Assembly: GCA_051362555.1 (NCBI GenBank)
Contig: CM120640.1
Span: forward strand, 25,530,225-25,594,224
Direction: 5' to 3'
Length of the DNA: 64,000 nucleotides
Source: Lingula anatina
Taxonomy: Eukaryota; Animalia; Brachiopoda
Part shown: positions 1 through 12,666 of the stretch, in pieces
How positions within the stretch are numbered: the stretch's first letter is position 1
Layout of the letters: every line of letters begins with the position of its first letter
Program-made: the position numbers and the translations under genes
Notes under the pieces: generated by a model
Seen by the model: the letters and a program-made list of their open reading frames with translations, nothing else
Told to the model about the DNA's origin: nothing
The model's database searches: none

Positions 1-617
1 CGCTTTAAAATATCTACTTGGCCATTTTAATGAGGGCAAAATCTCCGCAGTGTCTCGCCTGGAGTTTTTCTCAACTTAGCAACCGTATCTTACGAGACAC
101 CAGTTCTGTGACACAGCATTACGCTTTTACATATTTTTTTATGAGACAAGTTAGTAGTTAAAGAAAATTATCCGATGAAGCCTGATAAAAACAGCAAATA
201 TTGTTTTCAAAACAATTTTATCATAAGTGTTGCTTACTGTGATAGTATGACGTGATTTGAAAAAAAAATCTGCGACAAAAATGTTTTCTTATATTGTGAT
301 TTTTTTCGAGTTAGTTTTTCTTAGGCCCTCTACTTCAGCTTTCATTAATATATATAACTTCATTTCCAATTTTAGTGTTGCGGCTGAATTAAATCACAAT
401 ACAATTTACATGATTTAAAGGAAGCAAAAGGAAACTACGTAAATCACTATTTATGACTTTAGATAACTATAACAGGGCAAAGCTAAAATAACAGAATTTG
501 AAAGTAAAATGAAATATTGGATGTAAATAGATTTCAGGTTGTTGAATTTGTGGAGCAATGTAGATAATCATTTAAAAAAGATTCCAATGAACCTTAGGAC
601 CAGTCCAGCTTCCGTAA

Positions 618-858
618 AGCCTAGATTACATTTACACGGGCTTCGTGCGACGAAATTGTCCGTACGATTTTTTTTTCTGAAATCGTAAGGAGCTACGGGC
701 TGCGCAGAGTATGTCTTCTTACATGGCCTTAAACCCGTACGATCCCGTGGTATTTTGCACGGCCACCGTCTACCTCCGCTCAGACGCCGTACGAAAAGGG
801 TATTACGAGCAGTATACGTGCACCGTACGGGCATCGCATTTAAAATGTAATCTAGGCT
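618..858. mobile_element. PIF/Harbinger-type (Tourist-like) MITE
   Basis: 16-bp TIR agcctagattacattt / aaatgtaatctaggct, flanked by TAA on both sides (615-617, 859-861); internal repeated ccgtacg motifs; no coding capacity. Confidence 0.8.
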
Positions 859-1427
859 TAAAAGACACCTTCAGACTCTTGAAACGCACCCACCTGGCAT
901 ATCCTACCACGAGTTTCGGAGTCTAGTAAAATTCCACCTGTGCCACCAGCAAACAGACGCTATTTCAATGACACTGCTCACGTATGCCGAGGAGTGGCAA
1001 GCTGCCGACAGTTGTTTATAAATGACATCATTAAGAGTCTTTTTTTTTTTTTGCCATGGACGTTGGGAAAAATCTACAAAGCTTCAAATGTAGGCCAATG
1101 GGCACATAATTACATGTGTAGCACGTTGAAGTATTTCACACTAATGCTCTTAAGGAGGCAGCAGTAATTTTTTTCTTTTTTTTTACACAGGGGTAGTTCT
1201 ATATTCTTGTTATTCGCACATGTAAAACCATGTAATCACCGTTCAAGTGCATTATGTATAGTATACAGAAGGATTACTTACTTTAACAATGAGGACTTAT
1301 GTCCAGGTGTTGTATGTAGTCTGCGAATTGCGTGTTCACTCAATATATTGTATCAACCATCTTGCCTTCAAGTATTAACAGTTAACAACATGAATATTAT
1401 ACTGAAAAAAACTCAATTGTTGAGCAC

Positions 1428-1598
1428 CTTACTTATTTGTAATCCTGCTGACAGTTTCGTCTAGACCTCATCTGGAGTTGTTCACAACTGAAGGTTGTCA
1501 GTAATTTTTTGCCTCTCATATTGTTACTCACATCCTTCTTGTTGTTACTCTCGGGGCTGGAAGATAAAGAACTGTCAGCAGGATTACAAGTAAATAAG
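1428..1598. repeat. Short inverted-repeat (MITE-like) element
   Basis: About 29-bp arms cttacttatttgtaatcctgctgacagtt / aactgtcagcaggattacaagtaaataag (2 mismatches); no clear TSD. Confidence 0.55.
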
Positions 1599-2609
1599 TT
1601 TCTTGTTCTTACCAATGAATATTTCTTCAGTATAGATCCAGTGAAATTATTTTTTAATATGGATATTATTTAGTAGCCTTTGGACTTTTTTTAAAGTGCC
1701 TGCAAAATTTCCTGTCAAATTGCTCCGTTTAAGGGGGAGAGAGACATTTAAACATAAATTAGAGTCTCAGTCAACTCTTTTTATATTCAGACAAAAAAAG
1801 GTACAGGTCTTTGCACTTTTTATCAGTTAATAAGCAGCTTTATCCCTGTATCAATTTTTAATTCCACTTTTAGGGCCAATTCACAAATACTTTGCTAAGT
1901 TCAGCTTATTTTAGATTCAAGCTTACAAAGGAAAATGATGGCTGATACTAATACTTTTATACATTTATTGGTTGAATAAATTCATATCTCATCTCATCAT
2001 ATACTAATAAACAATATGAAGGGTCAATATCAAATTAGAAATACTAACCTCATACACTCAATCTGAATTCTCTACTACTAATGTAGAAACCATATAATTG
2101 AAAATGCTCAATTTTAATATGCAATTCTAATGACTTCACCATTTAACTCCAAAAATATTGGTAGTACATTACTTACATCATATCTATGACAAAGTATCAT
2201 ACAGAATATTTATATTAATGTGTGTGAATGTACAACGAGCTAACAAAGTGTTACACAATGCTTAGACAACATAAGTACTGCGAAGGTGTGCAGACACAAC
2301 TACATCAAATGTGTTTAATCACATCTGTCTACTCATGGGCATGTTAATGTGTGAGCATTAACCTTATCCACAGCACTGAAAGGAGAAGAAAATTAACAAC
2401 TTTTGATGGACTTACAGTCTTACTATACTCTTTCCTACATCAACGAGCTAACTGAGTCACTCTCAAATATCAAAATGCCATAATACACTTTCAATTAAGG
2501 ATAACATACAGTGAACTTGTCATTTGTCAATAATTATAATTGTTTACATTTCAGCATCCATGATATCGGCATTAAAATTCAGGAGATTTGGTGTAGTTAC
2601 ACACCAAAG

Positions 2610-5600
2610 TCAAGTATTTAGGATTTTCAAAATTTGTTCTCTTTCTTTGATAGCTCTCCACATGGCATCCTTTTCCTTTTTGGTGGGAGTTTTCTTCTTT
2701 ATTCTTGTTGACTGGACCTTTCTGTAGGCTTCCATTATCTAGAATTTACAGACAACAATATTTTTACTGAAATGTCACTGCCATATCTACTTATTATCAG
2801 TTGGATGTGCTTCTTCTATCATAATTCAAATACAAAGCTCTTAAAATTATGTATAAATTAATTGAAAAACAAGGTGATACCTCTGCATCCACCGCAGCTA
2901 ACTTCTTCCTGAGATCTTGCTTTGACATCTCTTCCTTTGCTAATTTGTACAGTCTCTTAGTTACTACAAGATTATGCTGGCCAATTGCCTTAAGTTCTTG
3001 CTGTTTTCTTCTCAATTCAGACAGAATTTCATCATCTGGATTATCTTCTGGTCTCTCATCAGCCTCTAATATACCTGGTGAAATTTTAAAAACAAAATAT
3101 GAATATTTCATGATATCTAACAAACATGACACAAAAATGCAGTCTTTACACATCTTTACCAGTTTTCATCTTTTAATATAAAACATCATGATGATTTTTA
3201 TACCTTGTTCTTCCAGCTCTCTTTTGATTCTCCTCTCAAGCTGTGCCGTGTTTCCTATATTCAGCTGTTTGGCAAGGGCTCTTGGTGACATGTTGGCTAT
3301 TGCTTCAGAATCTAAAATGGTCCAAATTACATTTTTAACAAGATTTCTATATTTTCTATTCATAAACTTCAAAAGTTTTTTTTCTCTCAGACTTACTGAA
3401 TTTGGAAACTACATCAACTACGTACTACGTTTAGGAAAATAAATCAGATCTTTTAATACACTGGGTAGCATTAATATGTCTCTCAAAGGATGCCAAAATG
3501 CCAAGCCCTACCTGTTCCTGCAATATCCGACATTGAGGAATCGTCAATGGGTGTCATTATGTTTTCTTCCATTAAAGCCTGAACCAGTCTCTGTGTTAGG
3601 GGACCAAATGGTGATGACTCTTCAGAAAGCTCACTGTGAAGAAAATCACCTTACTCTAAATTACATTTTCAAGAAATAAAGCAATAAGTTCACCATAAAT
3701 TGATTTTCTTAAATATTTGTGAACTTAAACTAATTCATTATGAAAAATGTTCATTATCTCATGCTTACACAGATTCTGCCTTTTTCAACAGAGCATGGAC
3801 CTCTGGTGTGTTGGGAGTTGTACTGTTACTGAGATTGCTCAAACCCCTCCTCTTGGGCTCCGTGATCTTCACTCCTGGAATGAGGAAAATACATCTCTTG
3901 TTTATGAAAGTTCTGTTCCAAGTGTATGTATTAAATCCCACAAGATACTATTATATATACCCTGTGCCAAACTTCTAAGAAAAAGCACCAAATCTAAGCC
4001 ATTAACAAGGCAGAAATATAGACTAACATTCTTAACACTGCTGCACCAACTCACATTGGCATTATTGCCGTTCTTTTTAGCAATACCTACTAATCTTTAG
4101 AGTTTAGAAATATCTGATAAATCAAATAATTGTATATTAATCACAAGAGCATCTTAGTTCAAAATTACTACAAGCAATAACTGAATTACAGCTGTTATTT
4201 TGACCAAAAGTTACAATCAATTGCTATTAATATGCATGTCCATCCATATAGAACAGATGCCAACTTTCTAAGGTCAAATTCCACGTAAGTATCCAAATCA
4301 CGTGTTCCCATGGGTTGTTAAGCTACAAAAAAGCAATATCCGCTAATGCTGTTCACAATCTCAAATCAGTGACTTGTTCAGTAATTCTCATGGGAATCAA
4401 AGCTTTTAAAAGACAGTGACTTTTTAAAAGTAGTTTTCTTTTTGCTCTTCAATCACAGTTTTCAAAGCTATTATCACTAACCCTCTTTCTGTTCTTCAAT
4501 TAGATCTTCCTGGGCCCATTTCTGTGAATAATGCTTTCCCAGTGTTGGCACTTTGTAGTATTCAGCATCGTCCTCATGAGACTGAAGGATCTGCTCCAGT
4601 ACTTTGAGATCTTCCTGCGTTATATCACAGCAATAGGGTTCCAGGCTCTGCCAGAACCGGTCTGGAGCATCATTTCTGGGGAGCTTGGGAAGCTCCAAGG
4701 GTGAATCCACAAACTCATACTCTTGCATTTTGGCCTGCAGGTCAGAGACATGATTTGGGATCATAGATGACTTTCAGTTACACGATTTGGGGTTTAAGAA
4801 GATTTTCAGTTATTTCTTTGGCATAGAAAATATATTAACTATATACATCATTGATAGTTTTTAATCAATGAAATTTTGAAAAAAAAAAATTACAATTATG
4901 AGTAAGTTGAGAATTAAACTGTATGCATTGCAGAATATCAAATATTTTAGGGCCATTAATGCTATAAAAATAGCATTTTTTGTTTCAGAAATATGTAAAA
5001 GAAATTATATGTGATATAAACTGATCTAACCTGAATGTTTTTCCCTTTTGGCGGTCTCCCAGGAGTGGAGACAAGGGAACCCTTCCCACTGCTTTCTTTG
5101 AACTTCTTACTTGGTCTTTCCTCTGATGTGGGAATACCTCCACCTTTCCCTCCCTTCCCCCTCTTACCTGCTGGACTAGGCATTGGTGGCTGTTGCTACA
5201 ATGGAAACAAAATGTACACTTAAATCAATTACAATTCTTCCAAAATAATCACCATGCAAATCTTTCATCAAATAAATGGTTCAGAACTAAAATTATTGTT
5301 TTGTAGTGTTTCACAATAATAATCACTCAACAAACTTTTTTTCACTCTTGTAAACCAAGTGACACAGAACATAATAATTGAAACATAAAACATGCTCTCT
5401 TTATTTAAAAAAATTACTAGTAAATTAACTACTTTCAACAAAGTGTCTACAGCATTCTCATCAGATGAGGAACCAAATTCATGATGTAAAAATGTATGAA
5501 ATAATACTGTAACTTACAAACTTTCCACCTTTCTTATCCTTTCCTTTCTCTTGCCAGTTCACCAATATCTGGATTTCATTCTCCAACTGTCTCATCCTTT

Positions 5601-6101
5601 TTGCTACAGAAGACAGCAGAGTCTCCAGCTCTGGCTGTAATGAGTCTAGTTCTCCATAACCCACTGTGGCATCATCGCTTTTTGCAAGGACTAAATTATG
5701 ATCAAATAAATGACTCATTAATAAACTGTAGTGCATAATGATACAATTACAAGAATATATTTTATTAAAATTTACGATCCCATCACATTTTATTATCCCA
5801 GACATTTGAAATCTTTAGTGGGCATGAATGGATAATAAGTTAACTATGTTTAAAATGCAGTTAAAGCTTACTGTAAAATCTTACTATATTAACTATTCAT
5901 GTTAAATTTATCTCTGGATGAAGCATTACATTTTAAAACTAAGACTCAAGGGTGATAAGTACCAGTTGAATATTGTGGACAATACTTGGTGTGATCCAAA
6001 GGAGTAAGATCTGGGAACTGCAAGGGACAATCTTTCAATACTTCTCCACCACTGCCTCCACTATGTCCACTGGAATGTCCACTTTTACCTTTTCCTTTCA
6101 T
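2610..6101 (-). CDS. TADA3: Transcriptional adapter 3 (SAGA/ATAC HAT module subunit), 9 coding exons
   Basis: GT-AG exons 6101-5963, 5690-5518, 5195-5031, 4734-4482, 3874-3769, 3633-3512, 3311-3204, 3074-2881, 2738-2610 splice in frame. Peptides LKDCPLQF...YSTVLAKSDD...ELETLLSS, PRNDAPDRFWQSLEPYC, PFGPLTQRLVQALMEEN, DDEILSELRRKQQEL and KKKTPTKKEKD match metazoan ADA3. Confidence 0.95.
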
Positions 6102-6859
6102 ATCTTCCTAGTAATCCTGGCATTCCAAGTCTTTGGAGATCACTCTCCAAATCAAAACCTATGATAATGATGATGATGATGATGATATATACTGTATATA
6201 TATATATATATCAAATAAGATAAGGCTATGTCTCAAAACAGGCAACCACCAATTTGGTCAGGCAATTATTATCAAAACTATAAAAATGGGACTCTGGCCT
6301 AAGAGAGTCCACCTTCTATGAACATGTCCCATTTTAATACTAGTATTAGCCAGGGTTGGGGGGGTGGGGGGGTGGGGGGTGGGGGGCGCATGGAACAGTT
6401 TAATGTTAGAATTACCATAATTGTCCCTCATAAAATAAAATAAATAAAACACAAAAACCCTTTTTACGGTCGCTGTTTTCATCTCAAACATCATATACTT
6501 CATACAGTGGAGATAAAATTTATTCAAACATACAACATGAACCTTTTCTATTAACTTTCTTACAACTGCTAATGAGAAAAGTTTTTTTTTTAATAAAACT
6601 ACAAAAAGATATTGCACTTAATAGTTTGCAATTTGCATTTATCAATTAAATTTTATAAAATTACGACTGTGCATCAGTCTAGCCGTGGTACAACAAAGTT
6701 GGAAGCTTTGCCTACCCATGCATAGTGAACCTGGTTGAATCAGTATTTTCCACGGTAATATGGGGTCGGGTGGCGTTCTTTTCCAAAGCAATAAGCATTA
6801 ACCTATAAGTTGACGAATTAAGTCATTGGCCTTTCTATATCTGTTATTAGTGTAATGTT

Positions 6860-7006
6860 TATACCTGTTTTTATTATCATACCTGTAAATTTTCTTTGTC
6901 CTGCATTTGACGACCTTGACTTGGTTTCTATCTGACCAATCAATTGCAGTTTAACATGTGTTTAGGGTTTTCACCAATTATTACCTTTGATACTGCTATT
7001 TGCAAT
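6860..7006. promoter_or_regulatory. Putative bidirectional promoter TADA3/PIGV
   Basis: Minus-strand donor sites (about 6864 and 6882) for a non-coding TADA3 first exon lie about 125-145 bp from the PIGV ATG (7007); CCAAT motifs near 6936 and 6974; locally raised CpG. Confidence 0.55.
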
Positions 7007-9407
7007 ATGGCGCTGTCATTGAAGAGCAAAGTAACTAGATTTGCTATATTTACTCGATGTTTGTTATTACTTCTGCAGGTAAGTACGTTTTTTATTAATG
7101 GATACGTTGAATAATACGAAGCTGGAAAAATCAGCCAAAAGTGGATTATTACACTTGTCCTTTTTTGTTACTGTGATGAAAGGAAGGACTGGACTTGAGA
7201 GACAAAGTACCCAGTGGCAGTAGTTACAAGTTTGTTCTCAGTAATGTGTGTAATATGTTTTCATTTAAGGAAGGGGGCGTATTCTCCAACAGCGTGCAAT
7301 TCTTTGTAATTGTAGACTGCCACGGATGCATTCAAACCTTCCCTACGTCTCCACAAACACGTGGCTTTCGTTTATTTTGTGCACTCAGGTCAAGTAAACC
7401 ATAATGCAAATGACAGCAATGCCATTCTCATTCAAATGATATAAAACCTACTGTATTAGTTTGTGGAAATGAAATAACAATTGACCCATAGCCAGTTTGT
7501 GAACTGGTAAATTCTCAGTGAGCTTGTTATGCATTATTAATTACTATTTTACCTGTTTCAGATGATTTTCAACTATATCCTTCCAGACCATGATGCAAAA
7601 GTATTCAATCCACCTCTGCCAAAGAGTCATGCAATGCCAGGAGATAAAGTGATTAACTTTTTACTGGGAGGACTCAGAAGATGGGATGGGATCTATTTCC
7701 TTCATATAGCAGAGCATGGTTATACGTATATGAACTGTCTTGCTTTCTTCCCCTTGTTTCCCAAGGTGGTAGAATATTTGTCAAAATCACTGTTTTTCCC
7801 ATTAACATTTTTTATGTGTCAGGCTAATGTTCTCCTTGTCACAGCTGTTATTGTCAACTTATACTGCTTTGTGAAATCAGCTGGAGCATTATACACTCTC
7901 GGAGGGAAGGTGCTAAATAATGAAGCTCTTGCATATAAAGGGGCCTTATTGTACTGCATCAACCCAGCCAGCATTTTTTTTACTGCACCATATTCAGAAG
8001 CCATGTTTGCTTGGCTAGGATTTACTGCTATGATACAGTATGAAAAAAAGGATAACTACAAGTGTTCATTCTTCTTTGGACTGGCATCACTTGTAAGATC
8101 AAATGGCCTGGTCTCTGCCTGCATCCTATTCTATAAAAGATTTAAAGACGTACTGGGAGTATTTCTTGAATTTCTTCCAAGGTCGAGGTTTTCTAGCAAA
8201 AGCAACAGCATTATCCTCATTTTGAGTTCTCTTTATTTTTTACTCCCCACAATGTTAATTTATGCTTTGATTTGCATAGCTCCTTTTGCATACTACCAAT
8301 ACTATGCATACCAAATGTATTGCACTGACTCTGGAAAGTCCCTCAGTATACCTGGATTCATTTATGACTATGGAAGAAAACAACATTACGTGTTACCTAC
8401 AGATACTAATCCTGAATGGTGCACACACTTCATTCCTCTGTCATATTCCTATATCCAGTCTCATCACTGGGGTGTGGGATTCATGCGGTATTACCAGACC
8501 AAGCAACTCCCAAACTTTGTTCTGGCCCTACCTATGGTCCTTCTCTGTATATGTGCAGCATTCCGTTACATCAGACATAACAGGTTTTACAGTTTAACCT
8601 TAGGACTGTTGCCAGAACTGATGTACAGCAAGAAGTTGGATAGAGATAAACTGAAAGAGGAAGGTTTTGAAAGTATGAACTGCCTAGTGTACATGATCCA
8701 CATGCTGGTGCTACTGGTGTTTGGGATATTTTTTATGCACATTCAGGTAATTGCACAGTTACTACTGGTAACAATAAATGATTGATCAATGTACACTAAG
8801 GTTGCTTATCTTTAAATAGCCAAGTTTTGAAAAATACATCTGTTAATTTGTTTCAACTTATGATTTATAATTAATTAATTAGATATATAATTGAAGAGCA
8901 CTTGGCCAGTTATTCTGGTGTTAATTTTTGTAAAAGTGAATCCCATGTACTAACTTGGTAATAGTTATAATTTTTGCTATCCGTGTGGATTTTAACATGA
9001 ATGTAAATCTATAGATATTTTCTAAATAATGATGTGACTTTGTATGTAAACATGCATTAAAGAAAAAAAAAGCTTTTTACTACTCTATATATCTTTGTCA
9101 ACAACAGGTTATAACAAGATTGCTGGCTTCCTCCTGCCCTTTGATTTACTGGTATGCAGCTGCAGTCACCACTGCCAACTCTTCTAAATATGCAATGGTA
9201 AACAGATGGGATGTTATCAAAAGAAATCAGCAGCATACTACTCAGGAAAGTGGAGATCTGTTGCAGAGTAATCTCCTAGAACTTGTGTCAACAGAGATAC
9301 AAAACTGGCAAAAGAACAGTGCAGGCCATAAACTCCTTCTGTCCTACTTCATGGTGTATGTATTAATCGGCACTGCATCATTTTCCAATTTCCTTCCTTG
9401 GACTTGA
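7007..9407 (+). CDS. PIGV: GPI mannosyltransferase 2, 3 coding exons
   Basis: Exons 7007-7078 (MALSLKSKVTRFAIFTRCLLLLLQ), 7562-8746, 9108-9407. Motifs LRRWDGIYFLHIAEHGY, AFFPLFP, NPASIFFTAPYSE, RSNG, YSYIQSHHWGVGF, QLPNF, MHIQV..R, C-terminal NFLPWT. Confidence 0.96.
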
Positions 9408-10368
9408 AAACAAGACCTTGAATAACATTGATGTTGTTGTCATGTCAGAAAAAAAATTAACTCAAGGTGACCTTTATGTGATTTATGTTGTACTGTATCA
9501 TCTGTGTTTATGTAAGATCCCCTGCATGTATACATCGGTGGCATGCTTAATTCGTTTTTCAAATAATGGACTTTGTTCTGTAGCCCAAGAACTGTATTTC
9601 TATGTGAATTGTGAAATGAAATGTAAAAAATACATGTAACCTTCCACTTAGCTTTAACTTGGCAAGAAAAAAGATGTTATTATATGGTCTTTATGATTTA
9701 AGAAGTCGATAAACTGACGTTCTACAAGTGCTGCAAAACTGCTGAGAAAGCCAGGAAAATTGTATTTATATTTCCGTTAAGAACTGCTAGCCACTATACA
9801 TAAAGAGTTATATATAAACGTGGACAGAAATTGTTAATTATTATTCCCAAATTATCAATGTAGAAGTAATTTGCACAATTCAAATATATATTTCAAGTTG
9901 CAAGCCCATGTGGTTTGATTAAATTAAGGTAAATGAACTGAATTAGTGCGATAGATGTGTAACAGGTCAATTGTACTGTGTGTCTTATGTTATAGTTGAC
10001 TCTAACTGGCATTGACTGTCATTTCTAGATGTTCATTGTGCAATTTACTCTCCCACTATAGACCATAAAACGTGGTTTTATATCCAGTTTTGTCATTTTA
10101 TTGGTAAGAGAGGATTTCCCCAGAATTATATTGCTGTGACGTAGTGATAAGACAATCATTATTTGTATTAATTTTGCCATAAGTTGCTATAAAAATTGAT
10201 CATGTTGTCTGTGAAAGTCGATCATGAATTTGCAATTAAGCAAGTAGGTCGTGATCTTGAAAGACCAAAAATGTAGAAAGTTTTCAATGCTTTGTTGTTG
10301 TTGTTATTTTTAAAAATATTTCAAAATGTGTAATCAAGAATAAGTGCAGGGTGCAGATTGCACCATCG

Positions 10369-10641
10369 CAGAGGCGGATTTGGGGGGGGGTGTAAAGGGG
10401 GGTCCTGCCCCCCCCCCCCCCCCCCCCCCTTCAATTTCTGAAAAAGGAATTCACCAGTGATCTCCTCTTGAATTTTGACTTGTTCTAAACCGCACCAAAT
10501 GGCATCGTTCGGCCTCTAAAATACCAAATATTTTCGGGGCCCTTCACCGGGCCCCGAACCCCTTGCAGGGTTGGCTTCGCATTCACGGTTTGTCATTCTT
10601 TAAAACCGGCCCCCCTTCAAATAATCCTCGATCCACCCCTG
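10369..10641. mobile_element. Non-autonomous DNA transposon (CAG...CTG termini, 5-bp TSD)
   Basis: Termini cagaggcggat / atccacccctg with perfect TSD catcg (10364-10368, 10642-10646); G/C homopolymer runs inside; partial homologous copy at about 41580-41687. Confidence 0.8.
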
Positions 10642-12666
10642 CATCGTAATATATAGTGGTGTTTGTGATTTATATTCTTGTTATTTAAAGATACTCCAAT
10701 AATGAGGTGCTTTCCATCATCAGTTAGTATAACAAGAAATGTTTTTCGGCGCACGTCTTTATTCATTTTTTAACAACCGTTAAGACACGTTCTCTGCCCC
10801 TATTTATGATAAGATTACAATAATAATAATAATGGTGTTGTATTGTTTTCAAATTTTGAAAGGGGGTATTCTTTGTATATTTTAGTATTATATTTTTATT
10901 TTGCATTATAATTTTTTTTTATTTTATGCATATTCAAAAAGCTCTGAGATTGGTCAACATTTATATAAAGGCGTGGTTTTGATAAAGATCAGCCGATTTT
11001 AGATGATGCAATGGTGGCACAAAGGAAGCCCATTTCACTGAAAGATAGTAAATTCGAAAGATGCAAATTGGAAACTCGACATTTTCTTTTAGAACTCGAA
11101 AAGAAGATAAAATTATCCATTTAAGAACAAAGTAGGCGAGTTTTTGGCAGGATATGCATGGTTAAATCGGATTTAATCGCAATTCCGATACTCGTGTCTA
11201 TATATATCTTTTCATCCCTATTTATTTATATTCATCCTTTTTTTTTTTTTTTTTTGTATTAGCCGGCAATCTACATTTATTTACGAAAACAACCCTTTAC
11301 CATACTTGTTTTTTTTTTTTAAGACCAACTTTCAACTCTCTCTTTGGAAACTGTATCTTGAAGTGACCGACGTAAAAAAAATATATATCAAACTATTATG
11401 ACACCGTGAAATTACCTTATATTTTTGACCTGGTCAAATACGAAGCCTAATATTAGCTTTTTAGAATGAAAACACCCAGCTGATGAACTTTTTGTGGGAT
11501 ATTTGGTGCTCTATTGGCTATATGTACCATCATTTTAAAGAGATGCGCTAAACTCGGGCGAGCTGTTAGGCACCTTGCCAGTCCCTGTGATGATACATGG
11601 GTTTCACGGCCATGGAGACCATTGGTCTGTTAACACCCAAGCGGAGCAATGACAGGATCCTTCCTCCCAGTGGAGCAAAATATTTAATCTCAATATTGCT
11701 TTGTCCCGCTATGATCGTTTTCTGGCTCGTTCCTTAACGTGATATTACATGTTACCTAGGGATATCATAGGCCAATGCGCTATACTGCTGTTATCAACTA
11801 AATTGATGTGCCGAGTATGCCGTACTTTTCGATCAGTAGATTGTGTCGTGCAAGAAGAATTTTACACGGAGAAATGGATTATGAGCGAAAATCTAATAAG
11901 AATGACGAAAAAAGGTAATTTCCAGAGGTAATAAGTGATTATTGATTGCGGCGACATTTTGATGCTGTGACCGCCAAGTTTCTTCGCTTAATCAAATTGG
12001 GAATGTCAATTTATGCCGTTGTGACTTTCAATGTATCGTTCTGCCACAATAATTTCTCCTCGTGGCCAAAGATTAATGTGACTTAATTTACTCTATATGG
12101 CGTTTGATTAAGCCTGCTTTTCATCTCATATTTGAAAAAGAATGTTAGGTTCTGGGTATTACATATTATACAGTAACCAGATTAAATGCCAAAATAACCA
12201 TAATTTATGTATTCAATATAATAACTCCCTGGTAATTTGCTGTTCTTTTTTATTCCTTGGACACTGATGATGTTAGCTTATCATGAGAGAGTCTTCTACA
12301 GGCTTCCGCCATGGGGTCGTGCTTAGCGATTATTGATTTCCTTGAACAACCCGTTCCTGTAAATGGCTACCGACTCTAGGGGAAACAAATCTGCCTGCCC
12401 AGAGAACAGACATAGTTGGCGATAGGGAAGTTGCCGACTAAAGATAGCGCTACGGACGACACGCGCAGCAATGATAGTCTCAAGTGCGCGAGCTGTCAGC
12501 TAATTTTCTAAAGTGATTACCGTTATTCTCGGGAAATTGAGGGAAACAGTGGTAAATAGTGATATTTAAATCGACGCTGGAATTCCGGTAGCCGTACCAT
12601 TAAGTGTAGTTCTGTTAATTTGAAGAACGATACATATAGAACGAATCGCCGTAAATAGAAATCAAG

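Noticed and set aside
4044-4075. Possible 32-nt poison exon in a TADA3 intron (AG|GTATTGCT...AAT|GTGAGT on the minus strand)
   Set aside because: Good donor but no polypyrimidine tract at the acceptor; unsupported without RNA data.
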